A stretch of 63,418 nucleotides of DNA, filler included, from 7 parts of 7 records of this genome joined end to end with filler, not necessarily neighbours in it; one strand, 5' to 3'. Positions 19,950-30,783 are shown, counted from the whole stretch's first letter. Notes: generated by a model not told the origin, from the letters alone. Made by a program: numbers and translations.

Positions 19950-21491
19950 TCAGGCGACCACGGCTTCGCCGGAGGCAGCCATGATCTTTTCCTTGCTGAT
20001 GGTTGAATCGAATTCCGCCGAGATCCGGCCCCTGTGCATGACGATGATGCGGTGGGCGATGGACAGGCATTCGCCGACTTCCGAGGTCGAGTAGATGACT
20101 GCCAGACCTTCGCGGGCACGTTCGGCCAGGAGCCGGAACACTTCCGCCTTGGCGCCGATATCGATGCCGCGGCTTGGCTCGTCGAGCATGATCACCTTCG
20201 GCTCGGTGGCCAGGATCTTACCGATCACGACCTTCTGCTGGTTGCCGCCAGACAGCGAGCCAATCGCCGCGTCCGGTCCGGAGGTCTTGACGGTGACCTT
20301 GCGGATGCTGGTTTCGATGAGATCGGATTCCAGCTTTCTGGACGTGAAGATGCCGCGCGTGAAATCCATGATGGAGGCAAGCGACAGGTTCTGGCCGACC
20401 GTCATTGTCTGGACGAGGCCGTCCTTCTGCCGATCCTCGGGAACAAGCGCGAGACCGTTGGCAATTCTCTGGCCGATCGAGAGTGGCGAGACATTGCCGC
20501 CGTTCAGGAGGATGTCTCCCGTCTCCTGCTTCAACCGCCCGGCGACGGTTTCCAGAAGTTCGGTGCGTCCGGCGCCCATCAATCCGTAGATGCAGACGAT
20601 CTCGCCGGCTTTCACGTCAAGCGACAGGTCGTCGACCACGTTGTAATCCGCGCCTGACGGGTCGGCGACGGTCAGATTGCGAATGGAAAGGGCGGTTTCG
20701 CCAAATTCGTAACCGGTCGGTGGTGAGCCGAGATCATAGTTCTCGCCCACCATGTTGCGGACGATCCATTCCAGGTCGATGTCGCTGCGTGGCGCATAGG
20801 CGGTCATCACGCCGTCCCGCAGGACAACCGCGTGATCGGTGATCTGGAGCGCTTCTTCCAGGTGATGGGAAATATAGACGATGGAAACGCCGCGGCTCGT
20901 CAGATCGCGAATGACCTTGAACAGCACTTCCACTTCCGAGGCGGACAGGGCAGAGGTTGGCTCGTCCATAATCAGGATGCGGCTGTCATATGAAAGCGCA
21001 CGGGCAATTTCGACGATTTGCTGCTGGCCGAGGCGCAGATCCTCAACCGGCGTCAGCGGGTCGATATCCTCTTCCAGCTCCACCATCAGCGCGCGCGTCT
21101 GGCGTTCTTCCTCCGCGAAGTCGACCCCCATCGGTCCGCGAATTTCACGGCCCATGAAGATGTTGTCCCGCACGGAAAGGTTCGGCGCCAGGCTCAGCTC
21201 CTGGTGGATGATGGAGATGCCTCTGTCCCGGGCTTCGGTGGCCGAGGCAAAGGTGATCGGTGCGCCATCCAGGATGATTTCACCCGTCGTCGGCGTCGTG
21301 ATGCCGGACAGGATGCGCATCAAGGTCGACTTGCCGGCGCCGTTTTCGCCGAAAAGGGTGGTGACCTGGCCACGATGAATGTCGAAGTTGACACCCTTCA
21401 GAGCCTGGATCGCACCGTAGGACTTGGCGACATTACGCGCGGCGAGCACGACTTCGTCTTCAACTGCGGCAACGGGATGGATCGCGTTCAT
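19950..21491 (-). CDS. eryE: Sugar ABC transporter ATP-binding protein (RbsA-like, two domains)
   Basis: GENGAGKS, MDEPTSAL, LSGGNQQK and LDEPSRGIDIGAK motifs. Confidence 0.82.
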   Translation of the reverse strand: MNAIHPVAAVEDEVVLAARNVAKSYGAIQALKGVNFDIHRGQVTTLFGENGAGKSTLMRILSGITTPTTGEIILDGAPITFASATEARDRGISIIHQELSLAPNLSVRDNIFMGREIRGPMGVDFAEEERQTRALMVELEEDIDPLTPVEDLRLGQQQIVEIARALSYDSRILIMDEPTSALSASEVEVLFKVIRDLTSRGVSIVYISHHLEEALQITDHAVVLRDGVMTAYAPRSDIDLEWIVRNMVGENYDLGSPPTGYEFGETALSIRNLTVADPSGADYNVVDDLSLDVKAGEIVCIYGLMGAGRTELLETVAGRLKQETGDILLNGGNVSPLSIGQRIANGLALVPEDRQKDGLVQTMTVGQNLSLASIMDFTRGIFTSRKLESDLIETSIRKVTVKTSGPDAAIGSLSGGNQQKVVIGKILATEPKVIMLDEPSRGIDIGAKAEVFRLLAERAREGLAVIYSTSEVGECLSIAHRIIVMHRGRISAEFDSTISKEKIMAASGEAVVA

Positions 21492-22162
21492 CGAACGGTG
21501 ACCTCCGTCGGTGTTACAAGCCAGTTCTTGGGATTGATCAGGCGGAACGTGCCGGTGACCTGAATGGTCTTGCCGGTGAGGGCGCTCGTGTCGAGGCCTT
21601 CAAGCACCACCTGCTTCATTGCCCGGTTGATGGCGGAAGCGGCGTTCTGATACTCGATCTGGTTCTTGAAATCGCCGAAGGCGATATCCCCCGGGACATC
21701 GCGAAGATCCGTGCCGTTGATGGCAGGACCCGTCTGGACGCGAACCCGGATTTCCGACGGCACACCGTCAATCGTGACGTTGTAAAGTCCCGACTTTCCT
21801 TCGCCGACGACACCTTCGAACTTCACCGGAATGATCGAGCCGGTAGACGAAGCCGTGCCGTAGGTTTCGGCCAGCTTTGCTTTGTCGGAAAGCGCCAGGG
21901 CGCCAATCTCGCTAGCTTCGACGGCCTTCTGCGCAACGAAGTCGCGAATACGCGGGAAAGTGTCCACACCATAGACGTCAGGTGAAAAAGCCTGTTGCCG
22001 AATGTCGCTCTCGGAGCCGACACGCACGACCTTGGTGTCCAGGACTATGGCGCCGGCCACTACAGCGGCGATCGCGACCGCGATCCACTTTCCATAGCTG
22101 GGCTTCACGAATGATGCGCCGCCGACTGCTGTTTCGACCTTGGCCATATCTTCCTCCGGCAT
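21488..22162 (-). CDS. DUF2291-family membrane-anchored periplasmic protein of polyol ABC operons
   Basis: N-terminal TM segment; QTGPAINGTDLRD...FGDFKNQIEY motif; stop overlaps the ATPase start. Confidence 0.8.
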   Translation of the reverse strand: MPEEDMAKVETAVGGASFVKPSYGKWIAVAIAAVVAGAIVLDTKVVRVGSESDIRQQAFSPDVYGVDTFPRIRDFVAQKAVEASEIGALALSDKAKLAETYGTASSTGSIIPVKFEGVVGEGKSGLYNVTIDGVPSEIRVRVQTGPAINGTDLRDVPGDIAFGDFKNQIEYQNAASAINRAMKQVVLEGLDTSALTGKTIQVTGTFRLINPKNWLVTPTEVTVR

Positions 22163-22705
22163 GCAATTCTCGTTCGGCCGCGAAAAGGCTTGCGGCCGGC
22201 ATGTTCTTCTCGTGTCAGGAGCTGGATGTGTCGGACGCCCGTTAACCGCGCCCGTTCAGCACGTCCTTAGCGGCTATGCTCAACTGAATGCGCAAATGCC
22301 CGGCGCTGCGTGCGGCATTGGTCCGCGATGCGCTTCCGGGTGGCCGCGATTTCTAACGTGAAAACCATTGTTCTCCTCCCAGTCCGCGCTTGCGCGGCTT
22401 TTTCGTTTGAGGGTCCCGTTCCTGCGAACGTTGCTCCCACCCTCGCACCGGGAGAAATGCCTGCTGCATGCCTCCCAATGACAATCACCCTAGATGAAAT
22501 AAATTACTTTGTCAGTAAAAAAATACATGCATATGAGATAATAGTGTTATATATAGACTGCAGAAGCTTCGTCCCGAACGGCGCATGCAGGGCTGTGCAA
22601 ACAGTCAGGATCTGCGAGAGTCCGGTCAGTTGAAGCTTTCTGGGAGGAATGAAATGCAAGCCGAAATAGCGGCTCTTGAGCATGGCTTGGGCGGTGGATG
22701 CCATC

Positions 22706-24307
22706 ATGCATAAGGGCGACATTCTTATCGGAATCGACTCCGGCACGTCCGTGGTGAAAGCGGTGGCGTTCGACCTTTCAGGCACCCAGATTGCGGTGGC
22801 TTCGGTCACGAATGCCTATGACACTGGCGCCGGAGGTGCCGCGACCCAGTGCATGAGCCGAACCTGGCAGGACTGTGTCACAGCCCTGAAACAGCTTGGT
22901 AATCTGGTCGAAGGCCTGAGCGGGCGCACTGTCGCGATCGGCGTGACCGCGCAGGGTGACGGAACCTGGCTGGTGGGGCGGGACAATGTTCCGGTCGGTG
23001 ACGCCTGGCTTTGGCTTGATGCCCGTGCCGCACCTACTGTCAGCCGGCTGGAAGGAAATGCGCTGAACCGGGCCCGGTTCGAGGCAACGGGAACAGGGCT
23101 GAATACCTGTCAGCAAGGCGCCCAGCTTGCGCATATGGACTGGTTTGATCCGGCAAGCCTGGACCGTGCGGAAGTCGCGCTTCATTGCAAGGACTGGCTC
23201 TACCTGAACCTCACGGGCGTCCGGGCAACGGACCCGTCCGAGGCTAGTTTCACCTTCGGCAACTTCCGGACCCGGCAATATAATGATGTGGCTATCGAAG
23301 CGCTCGGCCTCAGGCACCGGCGGCATCTGCTGCCGGAGATCGTCGAGGGAACGGAAACGACCTGCGGGCTGAGCGATGCGGCCGCGAAGGTGACGGGCCT
23401 TCGGGCAGGGACACCGGTTTCGCTCGGCTACGTCGACATGGTGATGACGGCACTTGGCGCCGGTGTCTACACGGGCGAAGCGGATGCCGCCTGTTCGACG
23501 ATTGGCTCCACCGGTGTGCACATGCATGCCAAGCCAGCCGAAGAAGTGCACCTCAATGCTGAAGGCACAGGTTATGTGATTGCGTTGCCGGTGCCGGGCA
23601 TCGTCACCCAGGTGCAGACCAACATGGCGGCCACGCTCAATCTCGACTGGGTTCTCAACATTGCCGCGGACGTGATGCGCGGCATGGGACAGGATGTCTC
23701 TCACCGCGATCTGGTGTCCCACATCGAGGGCTGGCTTGCCGTCGGCAAGCCGGGCGCCATCCTCTATCACCCCTACATCTCTGAAGCCGGCGAACGTGGC
23801 CCCTTCGTCAATGCCAACGCCCGCGCCGGATTTACCGGGCTTTCCGCCGCAAATGGCTACGCGGATCTGGTGCGCGCGGTGGCGGAAGGTCTCGGTATGG
23901 CCGCCCGTGATTGCTACGCCGCAATGGGAGCACTTCCTTCCGAACTTCGGTTGACCGGAGGCGCGGCACGCTCCCCGGCACTGCGTCAGATACTGGCAGC
24001 CGCGGTGAACGCACCGGTTCGCGTGTCGGCCCGGGACGAGGCAGGAGCGGCGGGTGCCGCAATGATGGCGGCGGTTGCCACCGGCGTTTATCCGGACATG
24101 CGCAGCTGCATCAGCGAGTGGGTCACGCCCTTGCTTGGACAGGCGGAAGCACCCGATCTCGGCCTGGTCCGGTCCTACGAGACTATTTTCCCAGTCTTTG
24201 CAGGTCTTCGCAGGGATCTTGCAGGCACATGGGACCTGCTCGCGAAACTGCGCACCGAAAGCCGTGACGAGACGGAACCTGCCAGCAGTGTCACCACAGG
24301 AGCATGA
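22706..24307 (+). CDS. eryA: Erythritol kinase (FGGY family)
   Basis: IGIDSGTSVVKAV, WLWLDAR and GERGPF motifs; first gene of the eryABCD order. Confidence 0.88.
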   Translation: MHKGDILIGIDSGTSVVKAVAFDLSGTQIAVASVTNAYDTGAGGAATQCMSRTWQDCVTALKQLGNLVEGLSGRTVAIGVTAQGDGTWLVGRDNVPVGDAWLWLDARAAPTVSRLEGNALNRARFEATGTGLNTCQQGAQLAHMDWFDPASLDRAEVALHCKDWLYLNLTGVRATDPSEASFTFGNFRTRQYNDVAIEALGLRHRRHLLPEIVEGTETTCGLSDAAAKVTGLRAGTPVSLGYVDMVMTALGAGVYTGEADAACSTIGSTGVHMHAKPAEEVHLNAEGTGYVIALPVPGIVTQVQTNMAATLNLDWVLNIAADVMRGMGQDVSHRDLVSHIEGWLAVGKPGAILYHPYISEAGERGPFVNANARAGFTGLSAANGYADLVRAVAEGLGMAARDCYAAMGALPSELRLTGGAARSPALRQILAAAVNAPVRVSARDEAGAAGAAMMAAVATGVYPDMRSCISEWVTPLLGQAEAPDLGLVRSYETIFPVFAGLRRDLAGTWDLLAKLRTESRDETEPASSVTTGA

Positions 24308-24308
24308 A

Positions 24309-25826
24309 ATGACGAGCGAAACGCAGACGATCGATCTTTTGGTGATTGGTGGCGGCATCAATGGCGCCGGCATTGCGCGCGATGCTGCCGGCCGGGGATT
24401 GTCCGTCTGGCTCTGCGAAAAGGACGACCTTGCGCAAGGAACGTCATCCCGGTCGGGCAAGCTGGTTCACGGTGGTCTGCGGTATCTGGAATATTATGAA
24501 TTCCGGCTGGTGCGCGAAGCTCTGATCGAGCGGGAAGTGCTCATGAATTCCGCCAGCCATATCATCTGGCCCATGCGCTTCGTGCTGCCGCACAGCCCGG
24601 CGGACCGCCCGGCCTGGCTCGTGCGTCTCGGCTTGTTTCTCTACGATCACCTGGGAGGCCGCAAGAAGCTGCCGGGCACCCGGACGCTCGATCTGCACAG
24701 GGATCCGGAAGGCGCGCCGATCCTCGACAATTACAAACGCGGTTTCGAATATTCCGACTGCTGGGTCGACGATGCCCGCCTTGTTGTCATCAACGCATTG
24801 GATGCCTTCGAGAAAGGGGCCCGGGTTCTCACGCGTACGGCTGTTGCCAGCGCGCGCCGCGACAACGGCGTCTGGCTGGCAACATTGCGCAACAGCGAGA
24901 CCGGAGAAACGTCAACAGTTCGAGCCAGGTGCATCGTCAATGCGGCAGGTCCCTGGGTATCCGATGTCATCTTGAACGTAGCCGGATCGAATTCCAGCCG
25001 GAACGTGCGTCTGGTCAAGGGAAGCCATATCGTTGTGCCGAAGTTCTGGCAGGGGCAACAGGCCTATCTGGTCCAGAACGACGACAAACGGGTGATCTTC
25101 ATAAACCCCTATGAGGGCGACAAGGCCCTGATCGGAACCACGGATATCGCTTATGAAGGCCGCGCCGAGGACGTGCAGGCCGAGGAATTCGAGATCAAAT
25201 ATCTGATCAAGGCCGTGAACAGGTACTTCAAGGCAAAGCTGCGCCGGTCGGATGTCCTGACCTCCTTCTCGGGTGTGCGTCCATTGTTCGACGACGGCAA
25301 GGGCAATCCTTCCGCGGTGACGCGCGACTATGTGTTCGATCTCGACATGACGGACAATGTCCCGCTTCTGAATGTCTTTGGCGGCAAGATCACGACTTTC
25401 CGCGAGCTGGCCGAGCGGGCGATGCATAAGCTTGACCGGATCTTCCCGCAGATGGGCGGCGACTGGACGGAAACCGCCACGTTGCCTGGCGGCGAAATTC
25501 CGAATGCGGATTTCGAAAGCTTTTCGGAAACGATGCGGGAGGCCTATCCGTGGATGCCGCGTGCCCTTTTGAAACACTACGGGCGCTGCTACGGGGCAAG
25601 AACCAGCCGGATAGTCGGCTCGGCCACCGCACTGGACGGGCTTGGCAGACACTTCGGCGCGCAACTCTATGAGGCCGAGGTGCGCCATCTCGTCAACGAG
25701 GAATGGGCGCAGACCGCCGATGACATCCTGACCCGGCGGACCAAACACGGCTTGCACCTGAGCGCGGATGAAAAAGCGGCCTTCTCGAGCTGGTTCAACG
25801 CCGAATACGCCGCACGCGCCGCCTGA
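24309..25826 (+). CDS. eryB: Erythritol-phosphate dehydrogenase (GlpD-like FAD enzyme)
   Basis: IGGGINGAGIARDAAGRG, GTSSRSGKLVHGGLRYLE and GGKITTFR motifs. Confidence 0.88.
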   Translation: MTSETQTIDLLVIGGGINGAGIARDAAGRGLSVWLCEKDDLAQGTSSRSGKLVHGGLRYLEYYEFRLVREALIEREVLMNSASHIIWPMRFVLPHSPADRPAWLVRLGLFLYDHLGGRKKLPGTRTLDLHRDPEGAPILDNYKRGFEYSDCWVDDARLVVINALDAFEKGARVLTRTAVASARRDNGVWLATLRNSETGETSTVRARCIVNAAGPWVSDVILNVAGSNSSRNVRLVKGSHIVVPKFWQGQQAYLVQNDDKRVIFINPYEGDKALIGTTDIAYEGRAEDVQAEEFEIKYLIKAVNRYFKAKLRRSDVLTSFSGVRPLFDDGKGNPSAVTRDYVFDLDMTDNVPLLNVFGGKITTFRELAERAMHKLDRIFPQMGGDWTETATLPGGEIPNADFESFSETMREAYPWMPRALLKHYGRCYGARTSRIVGSATALDGLGRHFGAQLYEAEVRHLVNEEWAQTADDILTRRTKHGLHLSADEKAAFSSWFNAEYAARAA

Positions 25827-25871
25827 TATCCGGCTCGGACGCCTGCCATTTCCCCGACGACTGGACACTTC

Positions 25872-26804
25872 ATGCCCCTGACGCTTTCGCTCAACACAAA
25901 CCCGCTGGTCAATCGCTACGCGGATCCCGCGGATCTGATCGAGACGGTTGCACGCGACCTGAAGATCCGCGACCTGCAGTTGACGCACGAGTTCATCAAC
26001 CCCAGCTGGCCGGCGCCTCTTATCCGGAGGTTGACGCGCGAGATGTCGGCGTCACTTGCCAGGACAGGTGTGCGGGTGACCAGCGGTATGACGGGCCCCT
26101 ACGGCCGTCTCAATCATTTCGGTCATCCAGATGCCGATGTGCGGCGTTATTATGTAGACTGGTTCAAGACCTTCGCCGACATCATCGGCGATCTCGGAGG
26201 CGTTTCCGTCGGCACCCAGTTCGCGATTTTCACCTACAAGGATTACGACGATCCGGTCCGGCGGGACGACCTGATCAGGATCGCCATCGATTGCTGGGCG
26301 GAGGTTGCCGAGCACGCGAAGGGGGCGGGCCTGGAATATGTTTTCTGGGAGCCGATGAGCATTGGCCGGGAATTCGGCGAGACCATAGCGGCCTGCCTTG
26401 CCCTTCAGGAGCGAATTTCGGCCACGCCGATGGCCATTCCGATGTGGATGATGGCCGATATCGACCACGGTGACGTGACCAGCTCAAATCCGGACGATTT
26501 CAACCCCTTTGCCTGGGCCGAAGCCGTTCCCCGGTTGTCGCCGATCATTCACATCAAGCAGAGCCTTCTGGACAAAAGCGGCCATCGACCTTTCACGGCG
26601 GAATTCAACGCCCGTGGCCAGATCCATCCCGAGCCGCTTCTGGAAGCTTTGGCGAAAGGCGGCGCCGAGGACAATGAGATCTGCCTGGAACTCAGCTTCA
26701 AGGAGCGCGAGCCAAATGACCGCCAGGTCATTCCGCAGATCGCCGAGAGTGTTGCCTTCTGGGCACCTCATATCGATACGGGCCAGCAGGATCTCAACAT
26801 CTAG
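25872..26804 (+). CDS. eryC: EryC (TIM-barrel erythrulose-phosphate epimerase)
   Basis: LSLNTNPLVNR, MTGPYGRLNHFGHPD, WEPMSIGREFGET and ADIDHGD motifs; third gene of the operon. Confidence 0.85.
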   Translation: MPLTLSLNTNPLVNRYADPADLIETVARDLKIRDLQLTHEFINPSWPAPLIRRLTREMSASLARTGVRVTSGMTGPYGRLNHFGHPDADVRRYYVDWFKTFADIIGDLGGVSVGTQFAIFTYKDYDDPVRRDDLIRIAIDCWAEVAEHAKGAGLEYVFWEPMSIGREFGETIAACLALQERISATPMAIPMWMMADIDHGDVTSSNPDDFNPFAWAEAVPRLSPIIHIKQSLLDKSGHRPFTAEFNARGQIHPEPLLEALAKGGAEDNEICLELSFKEREPNDRQVIPQIAESVAFWAPHIDTGQQDLNI

Positions 26805-26941
26805 CTGATCGCGTCTTCGGCTATTTGCCAACGGGCTTGCGGTAGCAAGGCCCCGATATCTAAGCTATTGAAATCAGGTGACCGTCGTGGTTCGGCTGGC
26901 GGCGGCAAGCGGCATTGCGAATTATTGGGAAGGTACGCAAG

Positions 26942-27886
26942 GTGAGGGATATCGACCCGGAGGAATCGCTCGCGACGCGGGCTGCCTGGCTGCATTACGC
27001 CGGTGGGCTGACACAGGCGGCCGTGGCAAAGCGGCTCGGGGTTGCCTCTGTCAAGGCGCACCGGCTGATCGCAAAAGCGGCTGCCGAAGGGGTGGTGAAG
27101 GTCTCCATTGATGGTGCGATCATCGAATGCGTCGAGTTGGAGGACAGCCTCTGCGACCGTTTTGGCCTCGAATTCTGCGATGTCGCACCGGATCTGGGCG
27201 AGCCCGGCATGCCGCTGCGGGCTCTGGGCCAGGCCGGTGCGGATTTCATCCGCCGGGAAATCGAGCGCAAGGAGCACAAGGTCATTGGCCTTGGCCATGG
27301 CAGGACGCTTTCCAACGCCGTTCGTCTGATGAGCCGCATGGATGCAGGCGGTGTCCAGTTCGTTTCCCTGCTCGGCGGATTGACCCGTAACTTTTCCGCC
27401 AATCCATATGACGTCATGCATCGCCTGGCCGAAAAGACGGCGGCGAGCGCTTTTGTCATGCCGGTACCCTTCTTTGCCAATTCGTCGGAAGACCGGGAGG
27501 TGCTGCTCGCGCAGCGCGGGGTTCAGGACGTGTTCGACATGGCGAACGCAGCCGATATCAAGCTCGTCGGGATTGGCACCGTCGAGCCGCAGGCGCAGCT
27601 GGTCTCGTCCGGCATGATCGAACTCAGTGAGATCCAGGAAATCAAGGCCGGTGGCGGTGTCGGTGAAATGCTCGGCCACTTCTTCGATGCCAGTGGACGG
27701 ACACTGGAAACGACCCTGACCGCCCGCACGCTTGCGGCCACGCTGGACGAACGGGCCGACAGTCAGATCATCGCGATTGCAGGTGGTCCTGAAAAGATCG
27801 AGGCCATTCGCGCAATCTTGCGCAGCGGACGCCTGCGTGGCCTCATCACCGACGAGACCACCGCGCATGCCCTGACCGGAGCGTGA
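26942..27886 (+). CDS. eryD: EryD, SorC-type repressor
   Basis: LATRAAWLHYAGGLTQ...KAHRLI, GLGHGRTL and GLITDE motifs; follows eryC. Confidence 0.85.
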   Translation: MRDIDPEESLATRAAWLHYAGGLTQAAVAKRLGVASVKAHRLIAKAAAEGVVKVSIDGAIIECVELEDSLCDRFGLEFCDVAPDLGEPGMPLRALGQAGADFIRREIERKEHKVIGLGHGRTLSNAVRLMSRMDAGGVQFVSLLGGLTRNFSANPYDVMHRLAEKTAASAFVMPVPFFANSSEDREVLLAQRGVQDVFDMANAADIKLVGIGTVEPQAQLVSSGMIELSEIQEIKAGGGVGEMLGHFFDASGRTLETTLTARTLAATLDERADSQIIAIAGGPEKIEAIRAILRSGRLRGLITDETTAHALTGA

Positions 27887-27912
27887 CCGGTCAGGATACG
27901 CAGGCGGCTTGA

Positions 27913-29928
27913 TCAGCCGACCAGAGACTTCGCCTTGCGGGCAATCTCTTCTGTCGTGATGCCGAATTCCTCGTAGAGGCGTTCGGCCGGGGCTGAAGCT
28001 CCGAAACCACTCAGGCCGATGACATTGTCTTCACTGCCGACATAACGGGCCCAGCCAAGTTTTCCCGCGGCCTCGATGGCAATGCGCGGGGCAGAACCGA
28101 GAACGTCGGCGCGGTAGGTTTCCGGCTGTGCGTCGAAAAGTTCCCACGACGGCATCGATACGACCGCAACGGCCAGTCCATCGGCTGCCAGGCCCTCGGC
28201 TGCCTCAACCGCCAATGCGACTTCGGTTCCGGTCGCGATCAGCGTGATGTCGCGGCCTTCTCCGAACTGGCGGATGACATAGGCACCGCGTGCCGTCAGG
28301 TTCTCCTCTGTCCGCTCCAGGCGCAGTTGCGGGACAGCCTGACGGGAAAGTGCCAGAAGGCTCGGCGCATTCATGGAGCGAATGGCACAGTCCCAGGCTT
28401 CCAGCGTTTCAACCGTGTCTGCCGGTCGGAACACCGTCAGGTTGGGGATTGCCCTCAGCGAGAGGAGATGTTCGACCGGCTGATGGGTTGGGCCGTCTTC
28501 GCCAAGACCGATGGAATCATGTGTCATGACATAGATGGAGCGCAGCCCCATCAGGGCCGAGAGGCGAATGGCGTTCCTTGCATAGTCGGAAAAGACAAGG
28601 AAAGTGCCGCCGTAAGGCAGAAAGCCACCATGCAGCGCGAGGCCGTTCATGGCTGCCGCCATGGCAAATTCACGAACTCCGTAACCGATATAACGGCCGG
28701 ACGCTTCGCGCGAAAACTGGCTGTTGACGGCAGGAACACGGGTCAGGTTCGATCCGGTCAGATCGGCTGATCCCCCGATCATTTCTGGCAGGGCCGGGGC
28801 AAGGGCTTCCAGAGCCATCTGGCTTGCCTTGCGGGTAGCAGCGGACCTGGGCTCTGAAAAGAGGCTGTCACGCGCACTGGAGACCGCAGCCTCATAGCCT
28901 GCCGGCAAGGGGCCGCTCACGCGTCTATCGAATTCGCGGCGCTTGTCTTCAGGCGTAGCTGCCAGCCGGCCTTCCCAGGCCTTTCGGCTGTCGTGCCCAC
29001 GTGTCCCGATCTTCTTCCAGCTGTCGGCGAGATCATCCGGAATGGCGAAAGCAGGAGCCGTCCATCCGAGAGCCTTCTTGGTCGCGTCCGCTTCGTCCTT
29101 GCCAAGCGCCGCGCCATGCACGCCGGCTGTGCCTGCCTTGTTGGGGGAGCCAAAGCCGATCACGGTCTTCAGGGCGATCATCGAGGGCTTGTCGGTGGCT
29201 GCCTTGGCTGCGGTCAGTGCGGCGTCGACTGCAGATCCGTCGTGTCCGTCGCACGTTTGCACATGCCAGCCACAGGCTGCGTAGCGGGCCGGAACATCCT
29301 CGGAAAAGGAAACGTTGGTTGGGCCGTCGATGGTGATGGAATTGTCGTCGTAGAGAACGATCAGTTTGCCAAGGCCCAGATGACCGGCAAGGCTGATCGC
29401 TTCCTGGCCGATACCTTCCTGAAGGCAGCCGTCACCGACGATCACATAAGTTTTGTGATCTACGAGTTCATCACCGAACTCATCTGCAAGACGCCGTTCG
29501 GCCAGGGCCATGCCGACAGCGGTCGCAATGCCCTGGCCAAGAGGGCCGGTGGTGGTTTCGACGCCTTTGGCGTGACCATGCTCGGGATGACCTGCGGTTA
29601 TCGAGCCCCACTGCCGGAAATTTCGGATCTCCTCGATGGTCATGTCTTCATAGCCGCACAGATGCAGCAGGCTATAGAGGAGCATGGAGGCATGGCCGTT
29701 TGACAGCACAAACCGGTCCCTGTCCGGCCAGTCCGGAGTTTTTGCGTCAAACTTCAGGTGTTTGCGAAACAGCACGGTCGCTGCATCCGCAAGACCCATG
29801 GGCGCACCGGGATGTCCGGAAGCGGCTGCCTCGACGGCATCTATGGACAACGCCCGAATACAGTTGGCGAGTTTGAAATTTTCCGGGTCCAGGGCTGCTT
29901 TCGACGATAGAAATGTGTCTGTAGTCAT
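27913..29928 (-). CDS. tkt: Transketolase
   Basis: SGHPGAPMG, DRDRFVLSNGH, TTTGPLGQG, GDGCLQEG and THDSIGLGEDGPTHQP motifs. Confidence 0.96.
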   Translation of the reverse strand: MTTDTFLSSKAALDPENFKLANCIRALSIDAVEAAASGHPGAPMGLADAATVLFRKHLKFDAKTPDWPDRDRFVLSNGHASMLLYSLLHLCGYEDMTIEEIRNFRQWGSITAGHPEHGHAKGVETTTGPLGQGIATAVGMALAERRLADEFGDELVDHKTYVIVGDGCLQEGIGQEAISLAGHLGLGKLIVLYDDNSITIDGPTNVSFSEDVPARYAACGWHVQTCDGHDGSAVDAALTAAKAATDKPSMIALKTVIGFGSPNKAGTAGVHGAALGKDEADATKKALGWTAPAFAIPDDLADSWKKIGTRGHDSRKAWEGRLAATPEDKRREFDRRVSGPLPAGYEAAVSSARDSLFSEPRSAATRKASQMALEALAPALPEMIGGSADLTGSNLTRVPAVNSQFSREASGRYIGYGVREFAMAAAMNGLALHGGFLPYGGTFLVFSDYARNAIRLSALMGLRSIYVMTHDSIGLGEDGPTHQPVEHLLSLRAIPNLTVFRPADTVETLEAWDCAIRSMNAPSLLALSRQAVPQLRLERTEENLTARGAYVIRQFGEGRDITLIATGTEVALAVEAAEGLAADGLAVAVVSMPSWELFDAQPETYRADVLGSAPRIAIEAAGKLGWARYVGSEDNVIGLSGFGASAPAERLYEEFGITTEEIARKAKSLVG

Positions 29929-29970
29929 GAGGTCCTCCTCTGCGCTTACGGCATAGGCGTAGCGGAGGAT

Positions 29971-30026
29971 GTCACAAAAATAAATCACAAAATCACAAAA
30001 TAATTTTGATTTTGTGATTTTGTGAT
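29971..30026. promoter_or_regulatory. Operator-like repeat array in the tkt / DeoR divergent promoter
   Basis: ATCACAAAATCACAAAAT (29984-30001) and its exact reverse complement (30009-30026), plus an extra TCACAAAA at 29972. Confidence 0.7.
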
Positions 30027-30071
30027 GTTAGATATCAAGCATCCGGTGAACGCCGGACGAGGAGGATTTGC

Positions 30072-30365
30072 GTGAAACGCGAAGAACGAAGACAGGCGAT
30101 CATGGATCTGCTCGTGGAGCACAGGGAAGTCGATCTCGACGACCTTGCGGAGCGATTTGCCGTCTCGAAAATGACAATTCACCGGGATCTGGACGAGCTC
30201 GAACAGGCCGGCGTGCTGCGAAAGGTGCGCGGCGGTGCCACTGCGGATTCAGGAACGCAGTTCGAAAGCGACTTCCGCATCCGGGCCCGCCAGGACGCGG
30301 CCGCGAAGGAGCGGATGGCCCGTGCGGCTCTGGAACTGATCGAACCCGGCATGACCGTGATGATC
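30072..30365 (+). CDS. eryR: DeoR-family regulator (EryR-like), truncated by linker
   Basis: FAVSKMTIHRDLDELE...LRKVRGGAT; GTG start with RBS GGAGG. Confidence 0.7.
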
Positions 30366-30465
30366 NNNNNNNNNNNNNNNNNNNNNNNNNNNNNNNNNNN
30401 NNNNNNNNNTTAATTAATTAANNNNNNNNNNNNNNNNNNNNNNNNNNNNNNNNNNNNNNNNNNNN
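30366..30465. other. Artificial contig linker 3
   Basis: Same linker structure. Confidence 0.98.
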
Positions 30466-30783
30466 CATCAGGATCGGCGCGGGCGGGTTGTCGATGCGCA
30501 GGCGGCCCGGGTCTTCCTCGCCGCGCAGCACCTCGATCAGCTCGTCGTGGACGATCTTGACGACCTGCTGGCCGGGGGTCACCGATTTGGTGACCGCCGC
30601 GCCGGTGGCCTTCTTCTCGACGGCCTTGACGAACTGGCGCGTCACCGGCAGCGAGACGTCGGCCTCCAGCAGGGCGACGCGCACTTCGCGCATGGCGGTG
30701 CGGACGTCGTCCTCGGAGAGGGCGCCCTGCTTGGTCAGCCGGTCGAAGACGCCGCCAAGGCGTTCGGAGAGATTTTCGAACAT
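30466..30783 (-). CDS. ffh: Signal recognition particle protein, N-terminal part
   Basis: MFENLSERL...MREVRVALLEADVSL...PGQQVVKIVHDEL. Confidence 0.96.
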
